Translations under genes and position numbers: made by a program
The notes under the pieces: model-generated
What the model saw: only the letters and a program-made list of their open reading frames with translations
Database searches by the model: none
What the model was told of the DNA's origin: nothing
Shown here: one piece after another, positions 50,526 through 64,000 of the stretch
Layout of the letters: each line of letters begins with the position of its first letter
Numbering within the stretch: position 1 is the stretch's first letter
Assembly: GCA_964057225.1 (NCBI GenBank)
Contig: OZ059898.1
Span: 9,982,001-10,046,000, forward strand
Reading direction: 5' to 3'
Origin: Auanema rhodensis
Taxonomy: Eukaryota; Animalia; Nematoda
Length of the DNA: 64,000 nucleotides

Positions 50526-51782
50526 TTCGAAAATGTTAGATTGTTTCCGAAAAATTATGAAAAGTCAAGTTCTACTGATTTGAAGAGAATTGTAAGTTTT
50601 AGAAAAGAATTAAAGTTCAGCTATCTCTACTATTAACTGATTATCGGCTAAAATAAGGTAACAGTTTTTATTGAAAGTTTCCATGATTAAGATTAAACAA
50701 AGAAAAAAAATCAAAGAGAAACACTTCTTGTTTACTTATTTGATTATAATACTTGAAATTCCAAAAACAGTAGAATAAAATAGAGAAAGCGACGAAAAAA
50801 GTTGAACGATTTGAAGAGAATTGTAAGTTTTAGAAAAGAATTAAAGTTCAGCTATCTCTACTATTAACTGATTATCGGCTAAAATAAGGTAACAGTTTTT
50901 ATTGAAAGTTTCCATGATTAAGATTAAACAAAGAAAAAAATCAAAGAGAAACACTTCTTGTTTACTTACTTGATTATAATACTTGAAATTCCAAAAACAG
51001 TAAAATAAAATTGAAAAAGCGACAAAAACAGTTGAACTATTTGAAGACAATTGTAAGTTGAAGAATAAAATTAAAGTTTAGCTCTCTCTACTATTAACTG
51101 AATGTCGGCTAAAATATGGTAACAGTTTTTATTAAAAGTTTCCATGATTAAGATTAAACAAAGAAAAAAAATCAAAGAGAAACACTTCTTGTTTACTTAT
51201 TTGATTATAATACTTGAAATTCCAAAAACAGTAGAATAAAATAGAGAAAGAGACGAAAAAAGTTGAACGATTTGAAGAGAATTGTAAGTTTTAGAAAAGA
51301 ATTAAAGTTTAGCTTTGTCTACTATTTAATAATTATCGGCTGAAATATGGTGACAGTTTTTTTTTAAAAGTTTCCATGATTAAGATTAATCAAAGAAAAA
51401 AAAATCAAAGAGAAACACTTCTTGTTTACTAATTTGATTATAACACTTGAAATTCCAACAAAAGTAAAGTAAAACTGTTAAAGCGAGTAAAACTGTTGAA
51501 CAATTTGAAGACAATTGTAAGTTGAAGAATAAAATTAAAGTTTAGCTCTCTCTACTATTAACTGAATGTCGGCTAAAATATGGTAACAGTTTTTATTAAA
51601 AGTTTCCATGATTAAGATTAAACAAAGAAAAAAAATCAAAGAGAAACACTTCTTGTTTACTAATTTGATTATAACACTTGAAATTCCAACAAAAGTAAAA
51701 TAAAACTGTGAAAGCGGGTAAAACTGTTGAAATAAAACAGTCTTTATAAAATATAAATGATATTTTTTTATAAAAGTGAAGT

Positions 51783-51853
51783 TGCATCGGCCGGGAATCG
51801 AACCCGGGTCGCCCGCGTGGCAGGCGAGCATTCTACCACTGAACCACCGATGC
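51783..51853 (-). tRNA. tRNA-Gly-GCC: tRNA-Gly(GCC)
   Basis: Array consensus. Confidence 0.96.
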
Positions 51854-52648
51854 TTCGAAAATGTTAGATTGTTTCCGAAAAATTATGAAAAGTCAAGTTC
51901 TACTGATTTGAAGAAAATTGTAAGTTTTAGAAAATAATTAAAAATAAGTTCTCTCTACTATTAACTGATTGTCGGCTAAAATATGGTAACAGTTTTTATG
52001 AAAAGTTTCCATGATTAGGATTAAACAAAAAAAAGAATTAAAAAGAAACACTTCTTGTTTACTTACTTGATTATACTACTTGAAATTCGAAAAAAAGTAA
52101 AAAACAATTGAGAAAGCGACATAAACAGTTGAACGATTTGAAGAGAATTGTAAGTTTAAGAAAAGATTTAAAGTTTAGCTTTGTCTACTATTAACTGATT
52201 ATCGGCTGAAATATGGTGACAGTTTTTTATTAAAAGTTTCCATGATTAAGATTAAACAAAGAAAAAAAAATCAAAGAGAAACACTTCTTGTTTACTTATT
52301 TGATTATAACACTTGAAATTCCAACAAAAGTAAAGTAAAACTGTTAAAGCGAGTAAAACTGTTGAACGATTTGAAGACAATTGTAAGTTGAAGAAAAAAA
52401 TTAAAGTTTAGCTCTCTCTACTATTAACTGAATGTCGGCTGAAATAAGGTAACAGTTTTTATTAAAAGTTTCCATGATTTAGATTAAACAAAGAAAAAAA
52501 ATCAAAGAGAAACACTTCTTGTTTACTAATTTGATTATAACACTTGAAAATCCAACAAAAGTAAAATAAAACTGTGAAAGCGGGTAAAACTGTTGAACTA
52601 AAACAGTCTTTATAAAATATAAATGATATATTTTTATAAAAGTGAAGT

Positions 52649-52719
52649 TGCATCGGCCGGGAATCGAACCCGGGTCGCCCGCGTGGCAGGCGAGCATTCT
52701 ACCACTGAACCACCGATGC
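52649..52719 (-). tRNA. tRNA-Gly-GCC: tRNA-Gly(GCC)
   Basis: Array consensus. Confidence 0.96.
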
Positions 52720-53744
52720 TTCGAAAATGTTAGATTGTTTCCGAAAAATTATGAAAAGTCAAGTTCTACTGATTTGAAGAGAATTGTAAGTTTTAGAAAA
52801 TAATTAAAAATTAGTTCTCTCTACTATTAACTGATTGTCGGCTAAAATATGGTAACAGTTTTTATAAAAAGTTTCCATGATTAGGATTAAACAAAAAAAA
52901 GATTTAAAGAGAAACACTTTTTGTTTACTTATTTGATTATAATACTTGAAATTCCAAAAACAGTAGAATAAAATTGAGAAATCGACAAAAACAGTTTAAC
53001 GATTTGAAGAGAATTGTAAGTTTTAGAAAAGAATTAAAGTTCAGCTATCTCTACTATTAACTGACTATCGGCTAGAATAAGGTTACAGTTTTTATTGAAA
53101 GTTTCCATGATTAAGATTGAACAAAAAAAAGAATTAAAAAGAAACACTTCTTGTTTACTTACTTGATTATACTACTTGAAATTCGAAAAAAAGTAAAAAA
53201 CAATTGAGAAAGCGACATAAACAGTTGAACGATTTGAAGAGAATTGTAAGTTTAAGAAAAGATTTAAAGTTTAGCTTTGTCTACTATTAACTGATTATCG
53301 GCTGAAATATGGTGACAGTTTTTTATTAAAAGTTTCCATGATTAAGATTAAACAAAGAAAAAAAAATCAAAGAGAAACACTTCTTGTTTACTTATTTGAT
53401 TATAACACTTGAAATTCCAACAAAAGTAAAGTAAAACTGTTAAAGCGAGTAAAACTGTTGAACGATTTGAAGACAATTGTAAGTTGAAGAAAAAAATTAA
53501 AGTTTAGCTCTCTCTACTATTAACTGAATGTCGGCTGAAATAAGGTAACAGTTTTTATTAAAAGTTTCCATGATTTAGATTAAACAAAGAAAAAAAATCA
53601 AAGAGAAACACTTCTTGTTTACTAATTTGATTATAACACTTGAAAATCCAACAAAAGTAAAATAAAACTGTGAAAGCGGGTAAAACTGTTGAACTAAAAC
53701 AGTCTTTATAAAATATAAATAATATATTTTTATAAAAGTGAAGT

Positions 53745-53815
53745 TGCATCGGCCGGGAATCGAACCCGGGTCGCCCGCGTGGCAGGCGAGCATTCTACCA
53801 CTGAACCACCGATGC
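53745..53815 (-). tRNA. tRNA-Gly-GCC: tRNA-Gly(GCC)
   Basis: Array consensus. Confidence 0.96.
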
Positions 53816-55953
53816 TTCGAAAATGTTAGATTGTTTCCGAAAAATTATGAAAAGTCAAGTTCTACTGATTTGAAGAGAATTGTAAGTTTTAGAAAAGAAT
53901 TAAAAATAAGTTCTCTCTACTATTAACTGATTGTCGGCTAAAATATGGTAACAGTTTTTTTAAAAAGTTTCCATGATTAGGATTAAACAAAAAAAAGAAT
54001 TAAAAAGAAACACTTCTTGTTTACTTACTTGATTATACTACTTGAAATTCGAAAAAAAGTAAAAAACAATTGAGAAAGCGACATAAACAGTTGAACGATT
54101 TGAAGAGAATTGTAAGTTTAAGAAAAAAATTAAAGTTTAGCTTTGTCTACTATTAACTGATTATCGGCTGAAATATGGTGACAGTTTTTTATTAAAAGTT
54201 TCCATGATTAAGATTAAACAAAGAAAAAAAATCAAAGAGAAACACTTCTTGTTTACTTATTTGATTATAATACTTGAAATTCCAAAAACAGTAGAATAAA
54301 ATAGAGAAAGAGACGAAAAAAGTTGAACGATTTGAAGAGAATTGTAAGTTTTAGAAAAGAATTAAAGTTCAGCTATCTCTACTATTAACTGATTATCAGC
54401 TAAAATAAGGTAACAGTTTTTATTAAAGCGAGTAAAACTGTTGAACGATTTGAAGACAATCGGCTAAAATAAGGTAACAGTTTTTATTAAAGCGAGTAAA
54501 ACTGTTGAACGATTTGAAGAAAATTGTAAGTTTTAGAAAATAATTAAAAATAAGTTCTCTCTACTATTAACTGATTGTCGGCTAAAATATGGTAACAGTT
54601 TTTATGAAAAGTTTCCATGATTAGGATTAAACAAAGAAAAAAGAATCAAAGAGAAACACTTCTTGTTCACTTATTTGATTATAATACTTGAAATTCCGAA
54701 AACAGTAGAATAAAATAAAGAAAGCGACAAAAACAGTTGAACGATTTGAAGAGAATTGTAAGTTTAAGAAAAGATTTAAAATTTAGCTTTGTCTACTATT
54801 AACTGATTATCGGCTGAAATGTGGTGACAGTTTTTCATTAAAAGTTTCCATGATTAAGATTAAACAAAGAAAAAAAAATCAAAGAGAAACACTTCTTGTT
54901 TACTTACTTGATTATAATACTTGAAATTCCAAAAACAGTAAAATAAAACTGTTAAAGCGACAAAAACAGTTGAACGATTTGAAGAGAATTGTAAGTTTAA
55001 GAAAAGATTTAAAATTTAGCTTTGTCTACTATTAACTGATTATCGGCTGAAATGTGGTGACAGTTTTTCATTAAAAGTTTCCATGATTAAGATTAAACAA
55101 AGAAAAAAAAATCAAAGAGAAACACTTCTTGTTTACTAATTTGATTATAACACTTGAAATTCCAACAAAAGTAAAGTAAAACTGTTAAAGCGACAAAAAC
55201 AGTTGAACGATTTGAAGACAATTGTAAGTTGAAGAATAAAATTAAAGTTTAGCTCTCTCTACTATTAACTGAATGTCGGCTAAAATATGGTAACAGTTTT
55301 TATTAAAAGTTTCCATGATTAAGATTAAACAAAGAAAAAAAATCAAAGAGAAACACTTCTTGTTTACTTATTTGATTATAATACTTGAAATTCCAAAAAC
55401 AGTAGAATAAAATAGAGAAAGAGACGAAAAAAGTTGAACGATTTGAAGAGAATTGTGAGTTTTAGAAAAGAATTAAAGTTTAGCTTTGTCTACTATTAAC
55501 TGATTATCGGCTGAAATATGGTGACAGTTTTTTTTTAAAAGTTTCCATGATTAAGATTAATCAAAGAAAAAAAAATCAAAGAGAAACACTTCTTGTTTAC
55601 TAATTTGATTATAACACTTGAAATTCCAACAAAAGTAAAGTAAAACTGTTAAAGCGAGTAAAACTGTTGAACAATTTGAAGACAATTGTAAGTTGAAGAA
55701 TAAAATTAAAGTTTAGCTCTCTCTACTATTAACTGAATGTCGGCTAAAATATGGTAACAGTTTTTATTAAAAGTTTCCATGATTAAGATTAAACAAAGAA
55801 AAAAAATCAAAGAGAAAAACTTCTTGTTTACTAATTTGATTATAACACTTGAAATTCCAACAAAAGTAAAATAAAACTGTGAAAGCGGGTAAAACTGTTG
55901 AACTAAAACAGTCTTTATAAAATATAAATGATATTTTTTTATAAAAGTGAAGT

Positions 55954-56024
55954 TGCATCGGCCGGGAATCGAACCCGGGTCGCCCGCGTGGCAGGCGAGC
56001 ATTCTACCACTGAACCACCGATGC
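55954..56024 (-). tRNA. tRNA-Gly-GCC: tRNA-Gly(GCC)
   Basis: Array consensus. Confidence 0.96.
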
Positions 56025-56589
56025 TTCGAAAATGTTAGATTGTTTCCGAAAAATTATGAAAAGTCAAGTTCTACTGATTTGAAAAGAATTGTAAGTTTTA
56101 GAAAATAATTAAAAATAAGTTCTCTCTACTATTAACTGATTGTCGGCTAAAATATGGTAACAGTTTTTATGAAAAGTTTCCATGATTAGGATTAAACAAA
56201 GAAAAAAGAATCAAAGAGAAACACTTCTTGTTCACTTATTTGATTATAATACTTGAAATTCCGAAAACAGTAGAATAAAATAAAGAAAGCGACAAAAACA
56301 GTTGAACGATTTGAAGAGAATTGTAAGTTTAAGAAAAGATTTAAAGTTTAGCTTTGTCTACTATTTAATGATTGTCGGCTAAAATATGGTAACAGTTTTT
56401 ATTAAAAGTTTCCATGATTAAGATTAAACAAAGAAAAAAAAATCAAAGAGAAACACTTCTTGTTTACTCACTTGATTATAATACTTGAAAATCCAACAAA
56501 AGTAAAATAAAACTGTAAAAGCGAGTAAAACTGTTGAACTAAAACAGTCTTTATAAAATATAAATGATATTTTTTTATAAAAGTGAAGT

Positions 56590-56660
56590 TGCATCGGCCG
56601 GGAATCGAACCCGGGTCGCCCGCGTGGCAGGCGAGCATTCTACCACTGAACCACCGATGC
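56590..56660 (-). tRNA. tRNA-Gly-GCC: tRNA-Gly(GCC)
   Basis: Array consensus. Confidence 0.96.
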
Positions 56661-57458
56661 TTCGAAAATGTTAGATTGTTTCCGAAAAATTATGAAAAGT
56701 CAAGTTCTACTGATTTGAAGAGAATTGTAAGTTTTAGAAAATAATTAAAAATAAGTTCTCTCTACTATTAACTGATTGTCGGCTAAAATATGGTAACAGT
56801 TTTTATGAAAAGTTTCCATGATTAGGATTAAACAAAGAAAAAAGAATCAAAGAGAAACACTTCTTGTTCACTTATTTGATTATAATACTTGAAATTCCGA
56901 AAACAGTAGAATAAAATAAAGAAAGCGACAAAAACAGTTGAACGATTTGAAGAGAATTGTAAGTTTAAGAAAAGATTTAAAGTTTAGCTTTGTCTACTAT
57001 TAACTGATTATCGGCTGAAATATGGTGACAGTTTTTCATTAAAAGTTTCCATGATCAAGATTAAACAAAGAAAAAAAAATCAAAGAGAAACACTTCTTGT
57101 TTACTTACTTGATTATAATACTTGAAATTCCAAAAACAGTAAAATAAAACTGTTAAAGCGAGTAAAACTGTTGAACGATTTGAAGACAATTGTAAGTTGA
57201 AGAAAAAAATTAAAGTTTAGCTCTCTCTACTATTTAATGATTGTCGGCTAAAATATGGTAACAGTTTTTATTAAAAGTTTCCATGATTAAGATTGAACAA
57301 AGAAAAAAAAATCAAAGAGAAACACTTCTTGTTTACTAATTTGATTATAACACTTGAAAATCCAACAAAAGTAAAATAAAACTGTAAAAGCGAGTAAAAC
57401 TGTTGAACTAAAACAGTCTTTATAAAATATAAATGATATTTTTTTATAAAAGTGAAGT

Positions 57459-57529
57459 TGCATCGGCCGGGAATCGAACCCGGGTCGCCCGCGTGGCAGG
57501 CGAGCATTCTACCACTGAACCACCGATGC
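57459..57529 (-). tRNA. tRNA-Gly-GCC: tRNA-Gly(GCC)
   Basis: Array consensus. Confidence 0.96.
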
Positions 57530-58327
57530 TTCGAAAATGTTAGATTGTTTCCGAAAAATTATGAAAAGTCAAGTTCTACTGATTTGAAGAGAATTGTAAG
57601 TTTTAGAAAATAATTAAAAATTAGTTCTCTCTACTATTAACTGATTGTCGGCTAAAATATGGTAACAGTTTTTATGAAAAGTTTCCATGATTAGGATTAA
57701 ACAAAGAAAAAAGAATCAAAGAGAAACACTTCTTGTTTACTTATTTGATTATAATACTTGAAATTCCGAAAACAGTAGAATAAAATGAAGAAAGCGACAA
57801 AAACAGTTGAACGATTTGAAGAGAATTGTAAGTTTAAGAAAAGATTTAAAGTTTAGCTTTGTCTACTATTAACTGATTATCGGCTGAAATATGGTGACAG
57901 TTTTTTATTAAAAGTTTCCATGATTAAGATTAAACAAAGAAAAAAAAATCAAAGAGAAACACTTCTTGTTTACTTACTTGATTATAATACTTGAAATTCC
58001 AAAAACAGTAAAATAAAACTGTTAAAGCGAGTAAAACTGTTGAACGATTTGAAGACAATTGTAAGTTGAAGAAAAAAATTAAAGTTTAGCTCTCTCTACT
58101 ATTTAATGATTGTCGGCTAAAATATGGTAACAGTTTTTATTAAAAGTTTCCATGATTAAGATTGAACAAAGAAAAAAAAATCAAAGAGAAACACTTCTTG
58201 TTTACTAATTTGATTATAACACTTGAAAATCCAACAAAAGTAAAATAAAACTGTAAAAGCGAGTAAAACTGTTGAACTAAAACAGTCTTTATAAAATATA
58301 AATGATATTTTTTTATAAAAGTGAAGT

Positions 58328-58398
58328 TGCATCGGCCGGGAATCGAACCCGGGTCGCCCGCGTGGCAGGCGAGCATTCTACCACTGAACCACCGATGC
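58328..58398 (-). tRNA. tRNA-Gly-GCC: tRNA-Gly(GCC)
   Basis: Array consensus. Confidence 0.96.
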
Positions 58399-59195
58399 TT
58401 CGAAAATGTTAGATTGTTTCCGAAAAATTATGAAAAGTCAAGTTCTACTGATTTGAAGAGAATTGTAAGTTTTAGAAAATAATTAAAAATTAGTTCTCTC
58501 TACTATTAACTGATTGTCGGCTAAAATATGGTAACAGTTTTTATGAAAAGTTTCCATGATTAGGATTAAACAAAGAAAAAAGAATCAAAGAGAAACACTT
58601 CTTGTTTACTTATTTGATTATAATACTTGAAATTCCGAAAACAGTAGAATAAAATGAAGAAAGCGACAAAAACAGTTGAACGATTTGAAGAGAATTGTAA
58701 GTTTAAGAAAAGATTTAAAGTTTAGCTTTGTCTACTATTAACTGATTATCGGCTGAAATATGGTGACAGTTTTTTATTAAAAGTTTCCATGATTAAGATT
58801 AAACAAAGAAAAAAAAATCAAAGAGAAACACTTCTTGTTTACTTACTTGATTATAATACTTGAAATTCCAACAAAAGTAAAGTAAAACTGTTAAAGCGAG
58901 TAAAACTGTTGAACGATTTGAAGACAATTGTAAGTTAAAGAAAAAAATCAAAGTTTAGCTCTCTCTACTATTTAATGATTGTCGGCTAAAATATGGTAAC
59001 AGTTTTTATTAAAAGTTTCCATGATTAAGATTGAACAAAGAAAAAAAATCAAAGAGAAACACTTCTTGTTTACTAATTTGATTATAACACTTGAAAATCC
59101 AACAAAAGTAAAATAAAACTGTAAAAGCGAGTAAAACTGTTGAAATAAAACAGTTTTTATTAAATATAAATGATATTTTTTTATAAAAATGAAGT

Positions 59196-59266
59196 TGCAT
59201 CGGCCGGGAATCGAACCCGGGTCGCCCGCGTGGCAGGCGAGCATTCTACCACTGAACCACCGATGC
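59196..59266 (-). tRNA. tRNA-Gly-GCC: tRNA-Gly(GCC)
   Basis: Array consensus. Confidence 0.96.
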
Positions 59267-60756
59267 TTCGAAAATGTTAGATTGTTTCCGAAAAATTATG
59301 AAAAGTCAAGTTCTACTGATTTGAAGAGAATTGTAAGTTTTAGAAAAGAATTAAAGTTCAGCGATCTCTACTATTAACTGATTATCGGCTAAAATAAGGT
59401 AACAGTTTTTATTGAAAGTTTCCATGATTAAGATTAAACAAAGAAAAAAAATCAAAGAGAAACACTTCTTGTTTACTTATTTGATTATAATACTTGAAAT
59501 TCCAAAAACAGTAGAATAAAATAGAGAAAGCGACGAAAAAAGTTGAACGATTTGAAGAGAATTGTAAGTTTTAGAAAAGAATTAAAGTTCAGCTATCTCT
59601 ACTATTAACTGATTATCGGCTAAAATAAGGTAACAGTTTTTATTGAAAGTTTCCATGATTAAGATTAAACAAAGAAAAAAATCAAAGAGAAACACTTCTT
59701 GTTTACTTACTTGATTATAATACTTGAAATTCCAAAAACAGTAAAATAAAATTGAAAAAGCGACAAAAACAGTTGAACGATTTGAAGACAATTGTAAGTT
59801 GAAGAATAAAATTAAAGTTTAGCAGTCTCTACTATTAACTGAATGTCGGCTAAAATATGGTAACAGTTTTTATTAAAAGTTTCCATGATTAAGATTAAAC
59901 AAAGAAAAAAAATCAAAGAGAAACACTTCTTGTTTACTTATTTGATTATAATACTTGAAATTCCAAAAACAGTAGAATAAAATAGAGAAAGAGACGAAAA
60001 AAGTTGAACGATTTGAAGAGAATTGTGAGTTTTAGAAAAGAATTAAAGTTTAGCTTTGTCTACTATTAACTGATTATCGGCTGAAATATGGTGACAGTTT
60101 TTTTTTAAAAGTTTCCATGATTAAGATTAATCAAAGAAAAAAAAATCAAAGAGAAACACTTCTTGTTCACTTATTTGATTATAATACTTGAAATTCCGAA
60201 AACAGTAGAATAAAATAAAGAAAGCGACAAAAACAGTTGAACGATTTGAAGAGAATTGTAAGTTTAAGAAAAGATTTAAAGTTTAGCTTTGTCTACTATT
60301 AACTGATTATCGGCTGAAATATGGTGACAGTTTTTCATTAAAAGTTTCCATGATTAAGATTAAACAAAGAAAAAAAAATCAAAGAGAAACACTTCTTGTT
60401 TACTTACTTGATTATAATACTTGAAATTCCAAAAACAGTAAAATAAAACTGTTAAAGCGAGTAAAACTGTTGAACGATTTGAAGACAATTGTAAGTTGAA
60501 GAAAAAAATTAAAGTTTAGCTCTCTCTACTATTTAATGATTGTCGGCTAAAATATGGTAACAGTTTTTATTAAAAGTTTCCATGATTAAGATTGAACAAA
60601 GAAAAAAAAATCAAAGAGAAACACTTCTTGTTTACTAATTTGATTATAACACTTGAAAATCCAACAAAAGTAAAATAAAACTGTAAAAGCGAGTAAAACT
60701 GTTGAACTAAAACAGTCTTTATAAAATATAAATGATATTTTTTATAAAAGTGAAGT

Positions 60757-60827
60757 TGCATCGGCCGGGAATCGAACCCGGGTCGCCCGCGTGGCAGGCG
60801 AGCATTCTACCACTGAACCACCGATGC
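60757..60827 (-). tRNA. tRNA-Gly-GCC: tRNA-Gly(GCC)
   Basis: Array consensus. Confidence 0.96.
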
Positions 60828-61856
60828 TTCGAAAATGTTAGATTGTTTCCGAAAAATCATGAAAAGTCAAGTTCTACTGATTTGAAGAAAATTGTAAGTT
60901 TTAGAAAATAATTAAAAATAAGTTCTCTCTACTATTAACTGATTGTCGGCTAAAATATGGTAACAGTTTTTATGAAAAGTTTCCATGATTAGGATTAAAC
61001 AAAAAAAAGAATTAAAAAGAAACACTTCTTGTTTACTTATTTGATTATAATACTTGAAATTCCAAAAACAGTAGAATAAAATAGAGAAAGAGACGAAAAA
61101 AGTTGAACGATTTGAAGAGAATTGTGAGTTTTAGAAAAGAATTAAAGTTTAGCTTTGTCTACTATTAACTGATTATCGGCTGAAATATGGTGACAGTTTT
61201 TTTTTAAAAGTTTCCATGATTAAGATTAATCAAAGAAAAAAAAATCAAAGAGAAACACTTCTTGTTTACTAATTTGATTATAACACTTGAAATTCCAACA
61301 AAAGTAAAGTAAAACTGTTAAAGCGAGTAAAACTGTTGAACAATTTGAAGACAATTGTAAGTTTAAGAAAAGATTTAAAGTTTAGCTTTGTCTACTATTA
61401 ACTGATTATTGGCTGAAATATGGTGACAGTTTTTCATTAAAAGTTTCCATGATTAAGATTAAACAAAGAAAAAAAAATCAAAGAGAAACACTTCTTGTTT
61501 ACTTACTTGATTATAATACTTGAAATTCCAAAAACAGTAAAATAAAACTGTTAAAGCGAGTAAAACTGTTGAACGATTTGAAGACAATTGTAAGTTGAAG
61601 AAAAAAATTAAAGTTTAGCTCTCTCTACTATTTAATGATTGTCGGCTAAAATATGGTAACAGTTTTTATTAAAAGTTTCCATGATTAAGATTGAACAAAG
61701 AAAAAAAAATCAAAGAGAAACACTTCTTGTTTACTAATTTGATTATAACACTTGAAAATCCAACAAAAGTAAAATAAAACTGTAAAAGCGAGTAAAACTG
61801 TTGAAATAAAACAGTTTTTATTTTATATAAATGATATTTTTTTATAAAAATGAAGT

Positions 61857-61927
61857 TGCATCGGCCGGGAATCGAACCCGGGTCGCCCGCGTGGCAGGCG
61901 AGCATTCTACCACTGAACCACCGATGC
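61857..61927 (-). tRNA. tRNA-Gly-GCC: tRNA-Gly(GCC)
   Basis: Array consensus. Confidence 0.96.
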
Positions 61928-64000
61928 TTCGAAAATGTTAGATTGTTTCCGAAAAATTATGAAAAGTCAAGTTCTACTGATTTGAAGAGAATTGTAAGTT
62001 TTAGAAAAGAATTAAAGTTCAGCGATCTCTACTATTAACTGATTATCGGCTAAAATAAGGTAACAGTTTTTATTGAAAGTTTCCATGATTAAGATTAAAC
62101 AAAGAAAAAAAATCAAAGAGAAACACTTCTTGTTTACTTATTTGATTATAATACTTGAAATTCCAAAAACAGTAGAATAAAATAGAGAAAGCGACGAAAA
62201 AAGTTGAACGATTTGAAGAGAATTGTAAGTTTTAGAAAAGAATTAAAGTTCAGCTATCTCTACTATTAACTGATTATCGGCTAAAATAAGGTAACAGTTT
62301 TTATTGAAAGTTTCCATGATTAAGATTAAACAAAGAAAAAAATCAAAGAGAAACACTTCTTGTTTACTTACTTGATTATAATACTTGAAATTCCAAAAAC
62401 AGTAAAATAAAATTGAAAAAGCGACAAAAACAGTTGAACGATTTGAAGACAATTGTAAGTTGAAGAATAAAATTAAAGTTTAGCAGTCTCTACTATTAAC
62501 TGAATGTCGGCTAAAATATGGTAACAGTTTTTATTAAAAGTTTCCATGATTAAGATTAAACAAAGAAAAAAAATCAAAGAGAAACACTTCTTGTTTACTT
62601 ATTTGATTATAATACTTGAAATTCCAAAAACAGTAGAATAAAATAGAGAAAGCGACGAAAAAAGTTGAACGATTTGAAGAGAATTGTAAGTTTTAGAAAA
62701 GAATTAAAGTTCAGCTATCTCTACTATTAACTGATTATCGGCTAAAATAAGGTAACAGTTTTTATTGAAAGTTTCCATGATTAAGATTAAACAAAGAAAA
62801 AAATCAAAGAGAAACACTTCTTGTTTACTTACTTGATTATAATACTTGAAATTCCAAAAACAGTAAAATAAAATTGAAAAAGCGACAAAAACAGTTGAAC
62901 GATTTGAAGACAATTGTAAGTTGAAGAATAAAATTAAAGTTTAGCAGTCTCTACTATTAACTGAATGTCGGCTAAAATATGGTAACAGTTTTTATTAAAA
63001 GTTTCCATGATTAAGATTAAACAAAGAAAAAAAATCAAAGAGAAACACTTCTTGTTTACTTATTTGATTATAATACTTGAAATTCCAAAAACAGTAGAAT
63101 AAAATAGAGAAAGAGACGAAAAAAGTTGAACGATTTGAAGAGAATTGTGAGTTTTAGAAAAGAATTAAAGTTTAGCTTTGTCTACTATTAACTGATTATC
63201 GGCTGAAATATGGTGACAGTTTTTTTTTAAAAGTTTCCATGATTAAGATTAATCAAAGAAAAAAAAATCAAAGAGAAACACTTCTTGTTCACTTATTTGA
63301 TTATAATACTTGAAATTCCGAAAACAGTAGAATAAAATAAAGAAAGCGACAAAAACAGTTGAACGATTTGAAGAGAATTGTAGGTTTAAGAAAAGATTTA
63401 AAGTTTAGCTTTGTCTACTATTAACTGATTATCGGCTGAAATATGGTGACAGTTTTTCATTAAAAGTTTCCATGATTAAGATTAAACAAAGAAAAAAAAA
63501 TCAAAGAGAAACACTTCTTGTTTACTTACTTGATTATAATACTTGAAATTCCAAAAACAGTAAAATAAAACTGTTAAAGCGAGTAAAACTGTTGAACGAT
63601 TTGAAGACAATTGTAAGTTGAAGAAAAAAATTAAAGTTTAGCTCTCTCTACTATTTAATGATTGTCGGCTAAAATATGGTAACAGTTTTTATTAAAAGTT
63701 TCCATGATTAAGATTGAACAAAGAAAAAAAAATCAAAGAGAAACACTTCTTGTTTACTTACTTGATTATAATACTTGAAATTCCAAAAACAGTAAAATAA
63801 AACTGTTAAAGCGAGTAAAACTGTTGAACGATTTGAAGACAATTGTAAGTTGAAGAAAAAAATTAAAGTTTAGCTCTCTCTACTATTTAATGATTGTCGG
63901 CTAAAATATGGTAACAGTTTTTATTAAAAGTTTCCATGATTAAGATTGAACAAAGAAAAAAAAATCAAAGAGAAACACTTCTTGTTTACTAATTTGATTA

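Larger units (their letters stand above)
1..64000. repeat. Tandem array of tRNA-Gly(GCC) cassettes interspersed with a ~231-bp AT-rich satellite (interrupted at 4841-8689; continues beyond both window edges)
   Basis: The monomer motif (TCGGCTAAAATATGGTAACAG...GTTTCCATGATTAAGATT...GAAACACTTCTTGTTTAC...GTTGAACGATTTGAAG) recurs every ~231 bp. A ~172-bp cassette (e.g. 171-342) carrying the tRNA lies between GTTGAAC and GATTTGAAG of a monomer. Gene spacings of ~635, 866, 1097, 1328, 1560 and 2944 bp fit 172 + n x 231. Confidence 0.97.

Noticed and set aside
34-62913. Dozens of recurring 60-98 aa ORFs (MLACHAGDPG..., MQLHFYK..., MKLHRPG..., MSSNRST...)
   Set aside because: They are translations of the tRNA and satellite, and their frames shift with poly-A length between copies.
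1-64000. CRISPR-like array of GC-rich repeats with spacers
   Set aside because: The repeat is a full 71-nt eukaryotic tRNA, the spacers are long and themselves repetitive, and there are no cas genes.
1-64000. Assigning a host species
   Set aside because: The tRNA sequence and tiny introns suggest an invertebrate animal with a compact AT-rich genome, but nothing here is diagnostic without a database search.

Overview
Eukaryotic (probably animal), very AT-rich window made almost entirely of one tandem array. The array holds 54 head-to-tail tRNA-Gly(GCC) genes, all on the minus strand: 42 identical, 11 with point variants and 1 interrupted. Each gene sits in a ~172-bp cassette embedded in a ~231-bp satellite, with 2 to 12 satellite monomers between genes, several higher-order duplications, and one unit whose tRNA has been deleted. 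The only unique sequence is a 3,849-bp DNA transposon (4841-8689) inserted at the extreme 5' end of one tRNA gene. It has 475-bp terminal inverted repeats and a 9-bp target duplication (CCACCGATG = tRNA nt 2-10). Manual splicing of its minus strand through 12 tiny GT-AG introns (39-54 nt) gives an uninterrupted ~696-aa Mutator/MULE-type transposase with DTTF, HDGE, CxxH, NxxExxN and SWIM-like motifs. Two perfect GLI-type sites (GACCACCCA) lie just upstream of its ATG. The best candidate for a new system is a possibly tRNA-gene-targeting, intron-rich MULE inside a tRNA-satellite array, but targeting rests on a single insertion. All short ORFs in the array are translation artefacts.
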